From Phoronis australis (taxonomy: Eukaryota > Animalia > Phoronida): a stretch of 64,000 nucleotides of DNA. Shown piece by piece: positions 25,197 to 37,598 of the stretch; positions within the stretch are counted from its first letter, which is position 1, and every line of letters starts with the position of its first letter. A program made the translations under genes and the position numbers. The DNA lies in NCBI GenBank assembly GCA_002633005.1, contig NMRA01000103.1, forward strand, positions 84,183 through 148,182. The letters run 5' to 3'. The notes beneath the pieces were generated by a model. It saw only the letters and a list, made by a program, of their open reading frames with translations. It made no database searches and was not told where the DNA came from.

Positions 25197-25700
25197 AACA
25201 AGAGCAACGCGGAACGTTGAAACGTTCTTACGACTGCACCGCAAAGGGTGTGGTTCTAGGGTTGTTTAGTTGCATCATAAAAATGGCCATTATGTGGCAC
25301 AGAACACATTCAAAAATGGGAATGTAGCATCGTCTCTCCAAACTAGTTGCCAAATTTCACAAAAATTTGTCATAGGACTCCATAGATACAAATGCAAACG
25401 TAAAAAACAACAGTAGGAACGGCAGCGGCAGACGAGTTCGTCCATCTGCTGCCACGTAAAAAGCAATACAATTGCAAAAATTTCAAAAAAATCTTGCAAG
25501 GAGTTTAGCAGATACAGCCGCAGATGCAAACTAATATCACTAGGAGGCGCCACAGTATTTGGACCCGTTTGAAAACCCATGTCAGTCATGCTCTTGTCAG
25601 TACGAACACATCTAATAATTTTCATAATTTCCTGCGCGGTTTGGCAGATACAGAAGCAGAGGACAAAACGGACTAAAAATAATTAAAATGGCCAGTAGTT
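25197..25700 (-). mobile_element. Partial copy of the modular Crypton-like repeat in CYP intron 1
   Basis: AAACAAGAGCAACGCGG end motif and CACTAGGAGGCGCC module. Confidence 0.6.
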
Positions 25701-26074
25701 GGTCGTCTTCAGGACGGTGAGAAGAAGGAACAACGGAATTGTCAAATGAAGGAACAACGTCAGAGAAAAAGTTAAACCATGCACTGATACCGAGTTGTCA
25801 AATGTTCTCTTGAATTTTCTGTCTTATCCGTACTTCGCAGTCTTTCTTTTCTCGAATAATGTTAACGGCCCCAGGCCTACTATGTCGGTTAACACGGTTT
25901 AACATTGACGACTGCAAATATTCTTGGAGGGAGGGTGGGGGGGGGGGGGGGGGGNCCCCCCCGTCCCCGTCCCGCTTCCTACGGCCCCAAACAGTATATA
26001 GTTTGTAATGGTAATACCTGCTCAACCATGCCCAATGCGATAACTCAGTGCATCGTAAATCTGTGAAATCTTAC

Positions 26075-26313
26075 GTTGTGCCATAGTACATGGAGAAAAT
26101 GTCGCCATATTTCTTTCCGAGTCGCCAGAAGTCGTAATGCCAGTCGTGTGACATAAATGGTAGATAGCCCAAGAGAGGAAGACCTGTAGGTCCGGGCGGA
26201 AGGTTCCGCGGTGTCGTGAAATATCGGTGAATGACCGACAAGAGAACCAGTCCAAGTGACAGCGCAACGGTCACTGCCGCCGGAAGTTCAAGTGACGCAA
26301 ACCAAGCAGCCAT
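26075..26313 (-). CDS. Cytochrome P450 first coding exon (TM anchor, PPGP hinge)
   Basis: MAAWFASLE...LGLVLL...NLPPGPTGLPLLGYL...KKYGDIFS; GTAAGA donor. The five exons total 1500 nt = 499 aa plus stop. Confidence 0.95.
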
Positions 26314-26762
26314 CTGAAACTGAAAATCAAAAAACCAAATTGTTTTCACCATCCATGAAATCTCGGGTGGATCGGCTTTCTTTGCGCCCATCCTTAGAGA
26401 TCGTGAGTACGCGGGTGCCCCAAATTGTTTTAAAGTCAGGAGTTACATTTTGATTAGCCAGCTATCTCAAACGCCAGTAAGCTAAGGAACTAAGCGCTCT
26501 GACGCTCTATTAAAATACGTGCACAGAGCGTACAAAACCACTTCGAGCTATGGGGACGACAGCTCAGTTCGCAGCTTCTCCTAAAGCGCCCCACATTACA
26601 CCGATTATTAACTGGCTCGGTTACTGATTTTGTGTATCCTAAAACTAAATACAAGGTATTTTGTTTTAAGGTAATGTTGAACCTTACTGGGGAACGTAAA
26701 TTCAAAGTCAATTACCAGAAAAACTAGGCTGCGTCAACCATTAAATGTGTATATGTTCAATC

Positions 26763-28050
26763 TCATGGTCTTTCTAGACACATCTTCTTTAGTATGACTT
26801 TTAATACAGCACTCATTATTTCACAGAGCCTGTCACAGCTTGGGTTGTAAGCGGCCATATACAGCTGCTGTGCACTCACAAACCTACTGATATCCGTCAT
26901 CAAAACTGTTGTGAACTGTTTTGCACGATCACTTAGGATCTCTCGTGGGAACCTCACTCTACTGAAGACCTCTAACCATGCTTCAGCACGCGCTCTTCGG
27001 TAGTGCCACAGCTTCCAGGTACCTATACCTCAGTGGTGGCAAAATCTGCCACCGTGAGGATATACATGTACCTGTTCCCCTTGTCCGATACTGGAGTTAT
27101 TGGGCCAATCAGGTTGACACCGATCCTCTTGAAAGCCGAGCTCCTCCAAAAACGGTATCTCTACCTGCGGTACTTTGGACACTCACGCTTTAGGGGTCGT
27201 CTTCTGGTAGACGTCACGTCATCTGCAGAATCGGGTCACTTCTGATGCTACTCTTGGCCAATACAACTTGCTGGTGATACGGAAAGTTATCTTAACACCG
27301 AGATGTTCTTCGAGAATGGACTCGGAGGGGTGGGGGCGAACTTCCATAACTTGGTAGGCGCGACAACTTGTTTCACTTCAACACAATCTTTATTCTTAAC
27401 AGCCGATAGATTATCCCTCTTTAGACCTCAGTTATGTACCACCCTTTGTCTTTGGTCCGTCGTTCGACCTTATCTTCAGCATGAACCTTCTTGATGGGCT
27501 TCCGTAAACCGCCAGAGCGCCACCTCCAGTATGGTGAGAGATTCAGACAATAAGGGGTGCAGCCTGCGTCTGTCAACACTGATACTTTCTTCGTGACGAC
27601 GTGCCAGTCCTTCATACGCAGTTTCCTTTGGAGGTGCGCTTCACTGGCTTCCTCTTCTCACTCTTGGAACCTCGGTGGTTGACTGCTGCTACCTAATGAT
27701 GAGGCCAAACTCGCCTGAGACCGCTTCCAACAGTCTGTAGCAAGGTGTCCAGCACGCCTCCTCTGCGAGGTAACTATTCTTCTGATTGACCCTCCGGGTT
27801 TCTGGCTTGACTGGTTATGGAGTTTCAATCATCTACAACCTGGTCAGCTTTCAATGCTATACTATCGCACTCTCGTGTTCCATTCTCTCTCTCTCTCTGT
27901 CTGTTTTCCGTCCTCACTGCCTTCTCTCCTAAGCATCATGGACTCGCTTTCTTTCTTCAGCCTCATCGGCTTGCTCTCTCAACAAACTGTCAATCGTACC
28001 CCAGTAGAACCATTTCTCACATGACCTGGAATGTGTTGCGACACGACTGA
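26763..28050 (-). mobile_element. Degenerate Gypsy LTR-retrotransposon remnant (integrase plus gag-like fragment)
   Basis: FPREILSDRAKQFT...YNPSCDRLCE is the integrase core; upstream H..HLGVK..YWPRV is a zinc-binding remnant; multiple stops and frameshifts. Confidence 0.8.
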
Positions 28051-28790
28051 TTAGTAACACCGAGTACATAATTTTTGATATTACATGGGCGAATCACAAA
28101 GTAGCGCAAAATAGACATCCATACGCCTTACATTTTATCGTCTGAAAACTAAAACAACCACAAGCGCGCCAACCGGAATTCGGTGACAATGTTATGATTT
28201 ACAAATCGACTGTCGGAAGGAAATGTAAACAATTTCTTAAACGACGAAGAATTCTATATTCATGTTCATTCAAACGGAAATGAGTCGCAACACAAGGAGC
28301 GCAGCGAGACTATCTAGCTGTGGTGTCTCAAGGTCAATTCAGTGCTCACGCGCAGGAAAGCCTTGCTGACTGTTATTTATCAACATTTTTTGTTTTAATA
28401 TTACTTAAAAGACTATGAGATTTTAACTTGAATATTTGCTATGAAAGCTGAATGCAATTTACAGCTGTTGAGCATAAAATAAAACTATTAACAAAAAGAA
28501 ACTGAATTACTTTACATTGCGCGAGCGTGTTTTTACAAAAATTGCGTCATGTGGTTGAAAGTTTTAGACATGATGAGTTTTTTGGCAAAAAGATTTTTTT
28601 ACGGTTCATGTGAGAAAACAAATCTTACACATGTCTCAGATTTATTACATAGGCAAAACTTCTTGGAAATTTCGTCAAAATCTCTCGGAAATTCTCGAGA
28701 TTTTGACGAAATTTCCAAGAGGTTTTGCCCATGTCATAAACCCGAGACTCGTATAGGATTCTCTATTTCTTGACTTCTACAAGGCCATCT

Positions 28791-29586
28791 CTATTGTGAG
28801 TCGCTAATTCCAACAGTCCTTTTTATCAGATTCACAGGAAAATTTCGGATACCGTGCTTTGTCCAATTTTCCACTTGTGCCGTGCCCTGTCTATTTGTAC
28901 CTGAGTAGGGGGTCATACAGTAGACTTGTTCTTGGTTGCAACGCGGCGTACTCCGTGTACTCGAACCACATGCGGGACTCGAAAGGGGAAACGGTGTCTG
29001 TTGTTCCTTTCCCGGCTCGTCCCGGGTACAAGGCTGCTTGAGTGCATTGGGACTTTCCGTCCCTGTACATAGCACCTGAGTTTTTGTGGACTGAATCGAC
29101 TGTAGCCGACAAGAAGACATCACAGTCAATTGTTGACCCGTACCTGTTGCAGTGTGTCCCTGGGACTCCGTAGAGTTCGACTGGCCAAGCAGAGCGTCAT
29201 TGTACGTCGTTAGCGTTTCGGGCGGGACTGACGACGCGCCATTATCTGGAATCAAGTCTAACACCACCTGATTTTCTTGACTGAGTTCTACCTCCTTTGG
29301 CCCTCCACCGGTTTCCTCTAAAGCTTCATTCAGTGATGAAAATTCCTTTTTGGCCTTCATTTTTTACCGTTTCCAAAAGTCTTTTAATTGTTTATCATTG
29401 CGTTCTTCTGATTGCGAGAACTGTGCAGTCAGTCTGGAGCCAATATCCATCCTAGCCTGTTGCTTCCGGTGACTTGTTTTGGCGTTACTTTTCATGTTCT
29501 CTATGGCATCAGTTTTTTTCTGTAATCAGTTCCGTGAGGAATCCTTTTTCCTCAGGAGAAAAGTTTTCTCACATTTTTCTATTCAT
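28791..29586 (-). pseudogene. Decayed Myb/SANT-like DNA-binding protein gene (Harbinger ORF2 type)
   Basis: Reading through frameshifts and one stop: ENFSPEEKGFLTELITEK/TDAIENMKSNAKTSHRKQQARMDIGSRLTAQFSQSEERNDKQLKDFWKR*KMKAKKE. The upstream DNA is homologous to 37740-37930 of the Harbinger element. Confidence 0.75.
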
Positions 29587-29668
29587 TTTATTGATGACAG
29601 AGACACCAGGATTCTACTTACAACTGTGTGCTGTCATTGAAACCCACGTGATTGATACTTCATACCTG

Positions 29669-29818
29669 GCGTGCGTTCAATAACGCTAGGGCCTAAGCTA
29701 GGACCCAACTGAAATCTAGACAAAGTCACGTGATTTCATTCAGAATACACGGCAATATCTCACCTAATATCGCGAAGTCTTCCTTTTTAGCTAGTTCCTA
29801 GCGTTATTGAACGGGAGG
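29669..29818. mobile_element. Harbinger-type 150-bp MITE (copy 1), CTG TSD
   Basis: Inverted arms CGTTCAATAACGCTAGG/CCTAGCGTTATTGAACG; CTG on both flanks. Confidence 0.8.
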
Positions 29819-29852
29819 CTGGTTTTACTGAACCCGCTCCCTACATGTTTAA

Positions 29853-32183
29853 AGGAGAATGCCACCCGATTTATAATTAGTCTTTTTTACCGTCATGATC
29901 GGTCTATATCCACATCGCCTCTTATACGATCGACCTCACCTTGCCGAGAGGTGTCGCATTAACCTGTGAGGAAGGTGACAAGCGATGCATTGACGTCAGT
30001 GGTTCGTCTGCAGAGTGCTGCTATATTGCGGTGCATCGGTTCCCACTTTCTCGAGAGCCCGAAATGCTTAGGAAGTGGCTCGCGGTAGTGAAGATTGAAA
30101 GGTACGCTGTTAATAACAATTATGAGGCCGTGAAATATCTCTGTGTGTGTGGCCGGCATTTCGTCGACAGTGATTTCTCTGACGAATTCCGGATTACCAA
30201 AAAACTATCCATACGTTCCGTTGCCTATGCATGTTCACGGCGCCTCTCTAGTATTTCTTGATCAGTGTATTCCGGTTCGAACTGATAGCCTGTGAAACCT
30301 AACGATCCGACCCGTGAAGACTTCTTCGGATGAGCTCCTGACTAAGTCGGGATTGGCGACGTGTAGACGTTCTGCGTTGTGTTTCAAAATGAATTATCCT
30401 CATCCTAAAATGATACTAACCAATGCTTATATGAAACAAAGTCTGTCTCATTCGATATAATTTGTAATGCCTTGGAGTGCTCGTGAGTGCAAATTTTTGA
30501 GAAGCCAGCAACGAATAAACCACTGCGTTACCGGCAATAAAGGTAATAGCGGAGTTGCAACCGAATCGATTTTACGATTGCGCATGTCCGGAAATTAGGG
30601 TGCGCAAAGGCTACTGGGATTGTTGATGGTAAACGGGATGGTCGACTGGTTTGCACGACGTGTAATTTGTGTGCATTAAACTACGCTGCTGTATGTAATT
30701 CTGCCGCTATTCGCCCTAATTAGCGCCCATGGCTCAACAAGTGCCCCAACGCGTTTTCAGACTTTGCTAAAGTAAGCGCCCNNNNNNNNNNNNNNNNNNN
30801 NNNNNNNNNNNNNNNNNNNNNNNNNNNNNNNNNNNNNNNNNNNNNNNNNNNNNNNNNNNNNNNNNNNNNNNNNNNNNNNNNNNNNNNNNNNNNNNNNNNN
30901 NNNNNNNNNNNNNNNNNNNNNNNNNNNNNNNNNNNNNNNNNNNNNNNNNNNNNNNNNNNNNNNNNNNNNNNNNNNNNNNNNNNNNNNNNNNNNNNNNNNN
31001 NNNNNNNNNNNNNNNNNNNNNNNNNNNNNNNNNNNNNNNNNNNNNNNNNNNNNNNNNNNNNNNNNNNNNNNNNNNNNNNNNNNNNNNNNNNNNNNNNNNN
31101 NNNNNNNNNNNNNNNNNNNNNNNNNNNNNNNNNNNNNNNNNNNNNNNNNNNNNNNNNNNNNNNNNNNNNNNNNNNNNNNNNNNNNNNNNNNNNNNNNNNN
31201 NNNNNNNNNNNNNNNNNNNNNNNNNNNNNNNNNNNNNNNNNNNNNNNNNNNNNNNNNNNNNNNNNNNNNNNNNNNNNNNNNNNNNNNNNNNNNNNNNNNN
31301 NNNNNNNNNNNNNNNNNNNNNNNNNNNNNNNNNNNNNNNNNNNNNNNNNNNNNNNNNNNNNNNNNNNNNNNNNNNTTTCACTACCAACCGCCGTGGAGTA
31401 TTTGTTACTGTTTCTTTGAAGGGAGATATTGTTGGGCAGTTTCTAAGATACGTTTTCTTGCCGCCCTCAAAATGAGCGCTGCACACTTTATGCTACGAAG
31501 TCGGAAAGAATTCACGAAGTCGGCCTTTGCTACCAGCTCTACCGATGTCTCTGACCCATGTTTAACGCAGTTCTTGATCCTTGGGAAACAGGTAGTAACT
31601 AAATTTTTTATTTCGCTAACTGGTATTATAGCATGCCAGGCACACAACACGTATAACCTCCCTGTGGCCGGTTCGCCCCCACGCTTGCCGACGTACTTGT
31701 TTACCGGCTTAACCACAATGCAACATTCTGACCCATTTCCAATATGGCGGCGTTGCAACTCCGCTATTGACCGGGCACCGAGGCCGTGTGAGCGCATGCT
31801 AATTCAGTGTTTGCTGACAGAAAGCTGTTGTGAAACAATTACTCGATTTTATATGCTATTGTCACGTGTTAGGAGAATCTTTATTTAGAAATACAAATAC
31901 ACTATTCAAATCATTGTTACTGTACAACCTTTACCCTGACGGTCTGTAGAAGGGGAACCTGACTTCGCAGCCCCCGACAAGTAGATTTTCAGTTTCATGG
32001 CTAATTCACATAAATAATTACGTGCACATTACCTCTTTAGCTCTCTATTATAGTCTTTTCATGACTGGAGGTTTAGTTTCCAACTCAAGCTGGTTTATGT
32101 TCGTGGCAGTCCCGCCGGCCGCGACGGACCTGATCGGGTTCTGAGCCACTGACTGGCCGGGATAACGAGTCAGTCCGGCCGCG
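29853..32183 (+). mobile_element. Kolobok-type THAP element, family B, copy 1 (right end lost; interrupted by an ISL2EU-like insertion)
   Basis: TTAA|AGGAGAATGCCACCC start; THAP remnant at 29941-30261 (RFPLSREPEMLRKWL..CVCGRHF); colinear with 60732-62664. Confidence 0.85.
30548..31765 (-). mobile_element. ISL2EU/PHIS-like THAP element with AT TSD, spanning an assembly gap
   Basis: TIR AGCGGAGTTGCAAC/GTTGCAACTCCGCT with AT on both sides; the empty site TAATTGA is present in the paralogue near 61497. Frameshifted THAP (CVPG..YLFPKD..W..VCSAHFEGG..CPTI). Confidence 0.75.
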
Positions 32184-34356
32184 AAAATGCAAATTACAGT
32201 GATGTAGCCTTTGACCTATTTGACTTAAATAACTCTAGTAGTGCCGAACTTACACTAGACTACTCTGACGGAACTACCATACCTCCATTTAGGCAACAAA
32301 CCTGAATTCCCATCGCCCACGTAGGCTCCTTAACATCAATTTTAGATCAGTGGTTGGTAAAGCCCCATAACTTACTAATATTACCGGTATAGACAGCATT
32401 AAATCAGATATTATAATCGGAACCGAAACCTGGCTGGATGACAACATTAAAACTAGTGAATTATTTCCAGCAAGGACCACAACAGAGATGGAGGTGGTGT
32501 TTTAATTGCTGCACTTAATACCTTCACTTGCGCTGAAGAAATATCACTCTCCAGAGAATACTGCGAACTCATCTGGGCAAGCATCCACTGAACTTGAAGG
32601 ACGTTGAAAATTGTTGGTATGCTCCTACTATAGACCACATGTTAGCGATGAGTCAAGTCTTCAGACATTTTCTGACTCATGTCTTCAGGCTACTAATAAT
32701 AAAAATGCTGTTGTATTAATTGGACTGATTTCAACTTTCCGGGGTGGGACTGGAATGCCTCAGTGTTGAAGCCGGGTGTCCCAAAGCCACGCTTACACAA
32801 TCTTTTCATTGATACCCTGGCTGACTATGGCCTCGAACAAATGGTAAATGAACCTACATGCACACGAGGAGAAAGTATCCTAGACCATTTTATCACAAAC
32901 TACCAGGCCTTGTGGCTACAACAGAGATCCTTCCAGGACTCTCTGATCACGACTAAGTTTTTGTCGAACTACAACTCTTCGTCCCTCCAAAACGTCTCCC
33001 TGTTCGAAAAGTCTATGCTTTTAAACGCGCCAACTGGAATGAACTTAGATTGGCATGATAGACAACTATCCAATAATACGGTCTCTTCCTTTGACATAAA
33101 TGCTATTTCACTCGTTACATATATTTATGTGAGAATATGGACTCGTCCCACTTATACCCCCATCTTTCGGACTGGTCCATTAATCCTTTGTGTAGATTCG
33201 CATGCGGTCCTCCTGCACACGAGGCACTTGGATATTCCATTTCCATCCTCACTATTGGTTCGTTTGTGTCCCATGCCACGAGTTTGGTCAGCTCCTGGCT
33301 CCCATTGCCCATCTTTTCAGAGATTATTATTTTATCTTTATGTTATCTATACACTCATATTTCTGTACCTTATCAGTCATAATAAATGACCTGATATCGC
33401 CTATACACGGTCTCCTCTTTATCTCTGGAAACGGAGCTTGAGACGCAACTATTATTTTTGGGACATACTTCGAACATAGATAGTAACACTGAGACTTTGT
33501 GGTGCTGGTTCAAACAAGGATTGCAGATAGCTGTCGACCAAAATATCCCGAAGCTCCGAACAAAATCCAAACTTAGCTACCTTTGGATTGACCCAGAACT
33601 CAAAGGCCTTATCAAGAAAAGAGACCGACTTTGTAAGCGCTACAAATTAACAGAAGATCCAGCCACTCTGTGCGAATTAAAACGCAGGCCCGTAACCAGG
33701 GGGGTTCGATCGAAAAGGTCCAGCTCCTGCTACGATAAGGAAGTAGCTGGACACCAACAAAAATACCACAGCCATTATAAATTAAAATGATAACAACTAG
33801 TGATGATTTCGAAGCATAACTGCTCATCTGATTCAAACCCCTTTGCATAGTGACATCAGACCGCAAGAACTTCGCCTGATAGTTCTTGTAGATAACGGGA
33901 TCTTAGGCCTACAGACGACCACAGGACGCTTCAAGAGATTGACAGTTTCAAAGACACCGACTAACCACAAACACAGGTGCTCTCGTGATGACTACACCAA
34001 GAGGTACAGTGTAAGAGGGTCATTCTAAATTAGCGAACATGCCTGGCGGCAAACAGCATCGAGAGAGAGCTCTCAAAAAGCAGCGAGTTGGTGTCTTAAA
34101 ATTGACCAATGGGCGAAGAAGCAGAAAACAGGTTTGTCGCATGCATTCGGTTGTTGCTAGTGACAATATGCAGCACACTTTTTGAAATTCGATATCGAAA
34201 GCTATCGCGGATTCTGTACACTGTACCTGTGGATCGTTTGATTGACATGCATAATGATGCACATAATTACACGCGTTTCCATTCTTTAAATTCAGCTTAC
34301 GTATCTTCACTATAGCCCCTGCTAATTACCGTGTTTTTTTTACAGAAAACTCAGAT

Positions 34357-37300
34357 ATGGACACGGGTGCCTGTTCACAGGCAGGAATAAGTACATGTAC
34401 GCCTAGGTCCACTAACCAATCTTCAGTCAATGAAGAAAAGCCTGGTGTTGACAGCAAATCAGTGGCAATGGTACACGACCTCGCAGAGTTCGTCCGATCA
34501 ACAGATTCGATAGAAGAGGCTTCCAACGCCTTAAGCAAATTAAGTGACGTGCAAAAATACAATCTTATCAAAAAACACGAAGAACCATCTCCCGACTACA
34601 TTTTTCCAACAGAGTATGCAGCGGGATATAATCGCTCATTCAGACACGCTTGGTTTAAAGAGTTCATTGGTGTATAGCTAAAAAATTGATGGTGCGTTCT
34701 GCGTTTCTTGTGCTTTATTTTCGAAAGGTGACGTAAAAAGGCAACCAACCAAGTTACTGAACAGGCCATTCACGCAATGGCATCATAAAACGAAAGTACT
34801 GTCTGAGCATTTCAAAAAAGATATCACATGGAGGCATTAGATGATGCTAATACATTTGTTAGCATGATGGAAAATCCGCAGAAAGGTGTTGACGCTGTCT
34901 TAGACAGTAAGGTCAAAGAACAAATAAAGAAAAACACGCACAATCTCCAGGCAATAACTAAAGCGATTCTTTATTGCGGTCGCCAGTGTATTGCACTGAG
35001 AGGAGATTCTGAAAGTTTGACAGAAGATAACGGTAACCCGAGAAATTTTCTTGCTCTTTTGAAACTGTTGAGTACCTATGATGAAACTCTAAAGAAACAC
35101 TTACAGCACCCAAATATGAAGAACGCCATGTACACTTCGCCTCAAATACAGAATGATATTATCGAGATCATTGGAAAACACATCATATAAGCCGATATTG
35201 TAAAGGAAATAAAAGATGCCAAATTTTATTCCGTTATGGCTGATGAGGTTACGTCCAATAATGAAGAACTCATGCCCTTGTGCATACGATTTGTAGACGC
35301 CGATGACAACATTCGAGAGGAGTTGCTGGAAATCTGTATTCTTGCGGGGATAACCGGCAAACACGTAGCGGAATGCATAATGGTCACCTTAGATAGGCGA
35401 TCGGGATCGACATTGCTAACTGCAGAGGCCAGGGATATGATGGCGCAGCAAATATGAGTAGTGATAACGTTGGCGTCCAGGCAATCGTGCGTGAACACTC
35501 TCCTTTAGCTTTATACACACATTGCTGCCGCCATTGTCTAAACTTAATGATAGCTATTCATGTTATACACAGGAAATCAGAAACCCTTGGGATAAAGTAA
35601 AATGCGTTGTTAACTTTTTTATGAGCAGACCAAAGACAGAACACCTCCTGAATGAAGTAGATAAAAAGAAAACCCCCGAATCGCTAAAAAAGCCCCTCAT
35701 TGATGTTTGCCGCACTCGCTGGACGGCACGTCACGATGCTTACTCGAGGTTTTTGCAGTCGTACGGGTGTATTGTAATTTCGCTAGAAGTTATAGCATAT
35801 GACCAACACAAGCACGAGTACAGCACCGGCATGACCTCGGGCTGGACAGGGAAGTACAAATCCGAAGCAAGTGGGTTGCTAGCTGGTATCACTTCCTTTG
35901 ATTTTATAGTGACATTCTGCATATTATTTAACTTACTTTCTCATCTAGAAGGCATTACAATCAAATTGCAGAGCACAACAGTTGATATTGTACAAGCTTA
36001 CGGAATGGTGAATGAGATTCAAACCCTGTACCAGGAACTTCGCGAGACTGTAGATGAAGTCTTCGATGACATTTACCACCAAGCCGTTGTCATGGCTCGA
36101 GATGTTGGTGTGGAACCCAGCATGGCGCGACAAGCTCTTCGCCAACCACATCGAGCAAATCCACCAAATTCCAGTGTCAAGCAGTACTATTTGAGAACAG
36201 TGGTGATACCGTTTCTTGATTACATTGCATCCGAATTTAGGGCCCATTTTTCTCGAGCAACCGTTACGGCATCCTCACTTCTAGGATTGATTCCGTCTCA
36301 TCTCGGGGAAATTGAACCGGAAGTCATCAACATGAATGAAGCAGATCTGTCGTCACCCGAGTTACTTCAACAGGAAATGATGCAATGGAGTGTAATATAA
36401 TGAGGCTATGCCCTCCATGTGCATGCAAGAAATTTCAGGGGATATGCTACCTCTGTGGTAGTTAAAGCCAGGAATAGTGCTCTGATGTTGAAAATCCAGG
36501 AATAGTGGCAGTTATGCAAGAATTTTCTAGGGGATGGTCAGTTAGCTCGTTATATTTAGCTCGTTATAGGGAGATGGGAATATATGTAGCCTACATGCAG
36601 AGTGGGTCCATCGCGTGGTCAGTTAGCTCGTTATATTCAGCTCGTCATAGAGAGAGGGACATATATGTACATACAGAGTGGGTCCATCGCGTGATGGCAC
36701 TTAGTTTAGTATTTAAAGCACTGGCTCTCGAGACCAGGGTAGGCTGGATCCATCACAACTTCAGACTACGGAGCACGGCTCCAGAGCTGGAAGACAAGTT
36801 CAGATTACAGACTACAGACGAGCAACTTTGTGTGACCAAAAGGTCAAGGAGAAAGAATAACTGAGGTATAGACACTTATCACGGGTGTTGGTCTCAGCCT
36901 GAACCGGCTAGTGGTTGTTCTGGAGGGATAGTTCTGTTGTGACTTGTTTCAGTTGTGTTGACGTGTGCACGGGGAACTAGTGGCACTGTTGACTAGTAGT
37001 TTCTCCAGTAGGGATATATTGTATCAGTTTGTTGTCAGTCTCACAACTTATTGTAATCTATTGTTTGTAAATCACAACGCTGCAAATTAATAGACGTATT
37101 CTATTGTTAAAGTATTCGTGCGTTGTTTTATTTATTACCACGTGCGCGCCATCTATGGGCCGCAACACGCATTGATATACCACAGGAGGCACAAGTGGAA
37201 GTCCCAGCAGAATGTGCTCTCATCATGTGCCCAGACTATTAAAGACTGTGATCAAATTTTGTATCCGAACGTCTATGTACTACTAAAAATTTTGGCTACA

Positions 37301-37510
37301 CTACCGGTGACGTCGTTAGAATGCGAGAGATCCGCTACCACATTACGCAGACTCAATACGTTCATGCGAGCAAGTATGAGTGGTGGCAGAATGTCATCCC
37401 TGGCGCTGATGCATGGTCATTACTACAAAGAGATAGAAATTGACAGAGTTGTCCAGCGTTTTGAGCAAATAAATCCCAGGAAAAGGAAATTTGGTAGCGT
37501 ACTAACCTGA
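34357..37510 (+). pseudogene. Disrupted hAT transposase (ZMYM1/THAP12-like type)
   Basis: ALRGD and YTSPQIQN (DUF4371-like), FYSVMADEVT, CRGQGYDGAANM, YTHCCRH, CRTRW, and TLPVTSLECERS (dimerisation domain). Contains stops, frameshifts and an LTR insertion. Confidence 0.9.
36391..37184. mobile_element. Solo LTR (family L2) inside the hAT transposase
   Basis: TGT...ACA termini and 4-bp TSD GGAG; removing it restores the frame MQW-RHKWKS. Confidence 0.85.
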
Positions 37511-37598
37511 TGTGTATCTTCTCGCTTCGATGAGCGTACTTAAAGTGGAACTTACATGTACATTGAATTAAGAGTATTAAGTTTTTGTTAAACTATTA

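Noticed and set aside
32100-32185. GC-rich repeats in the Kolobok B right arm as an HDV-like ribozyme
   Set aside because: I could not build the nested double pseudoknot; a ~58-bp internal tandem duplication explains the pattern.
33128-33450. Possible small solo LTR inside the LINE
   Set aside because: It has a TG start and AATAAA, but no clean CA end or TSD.
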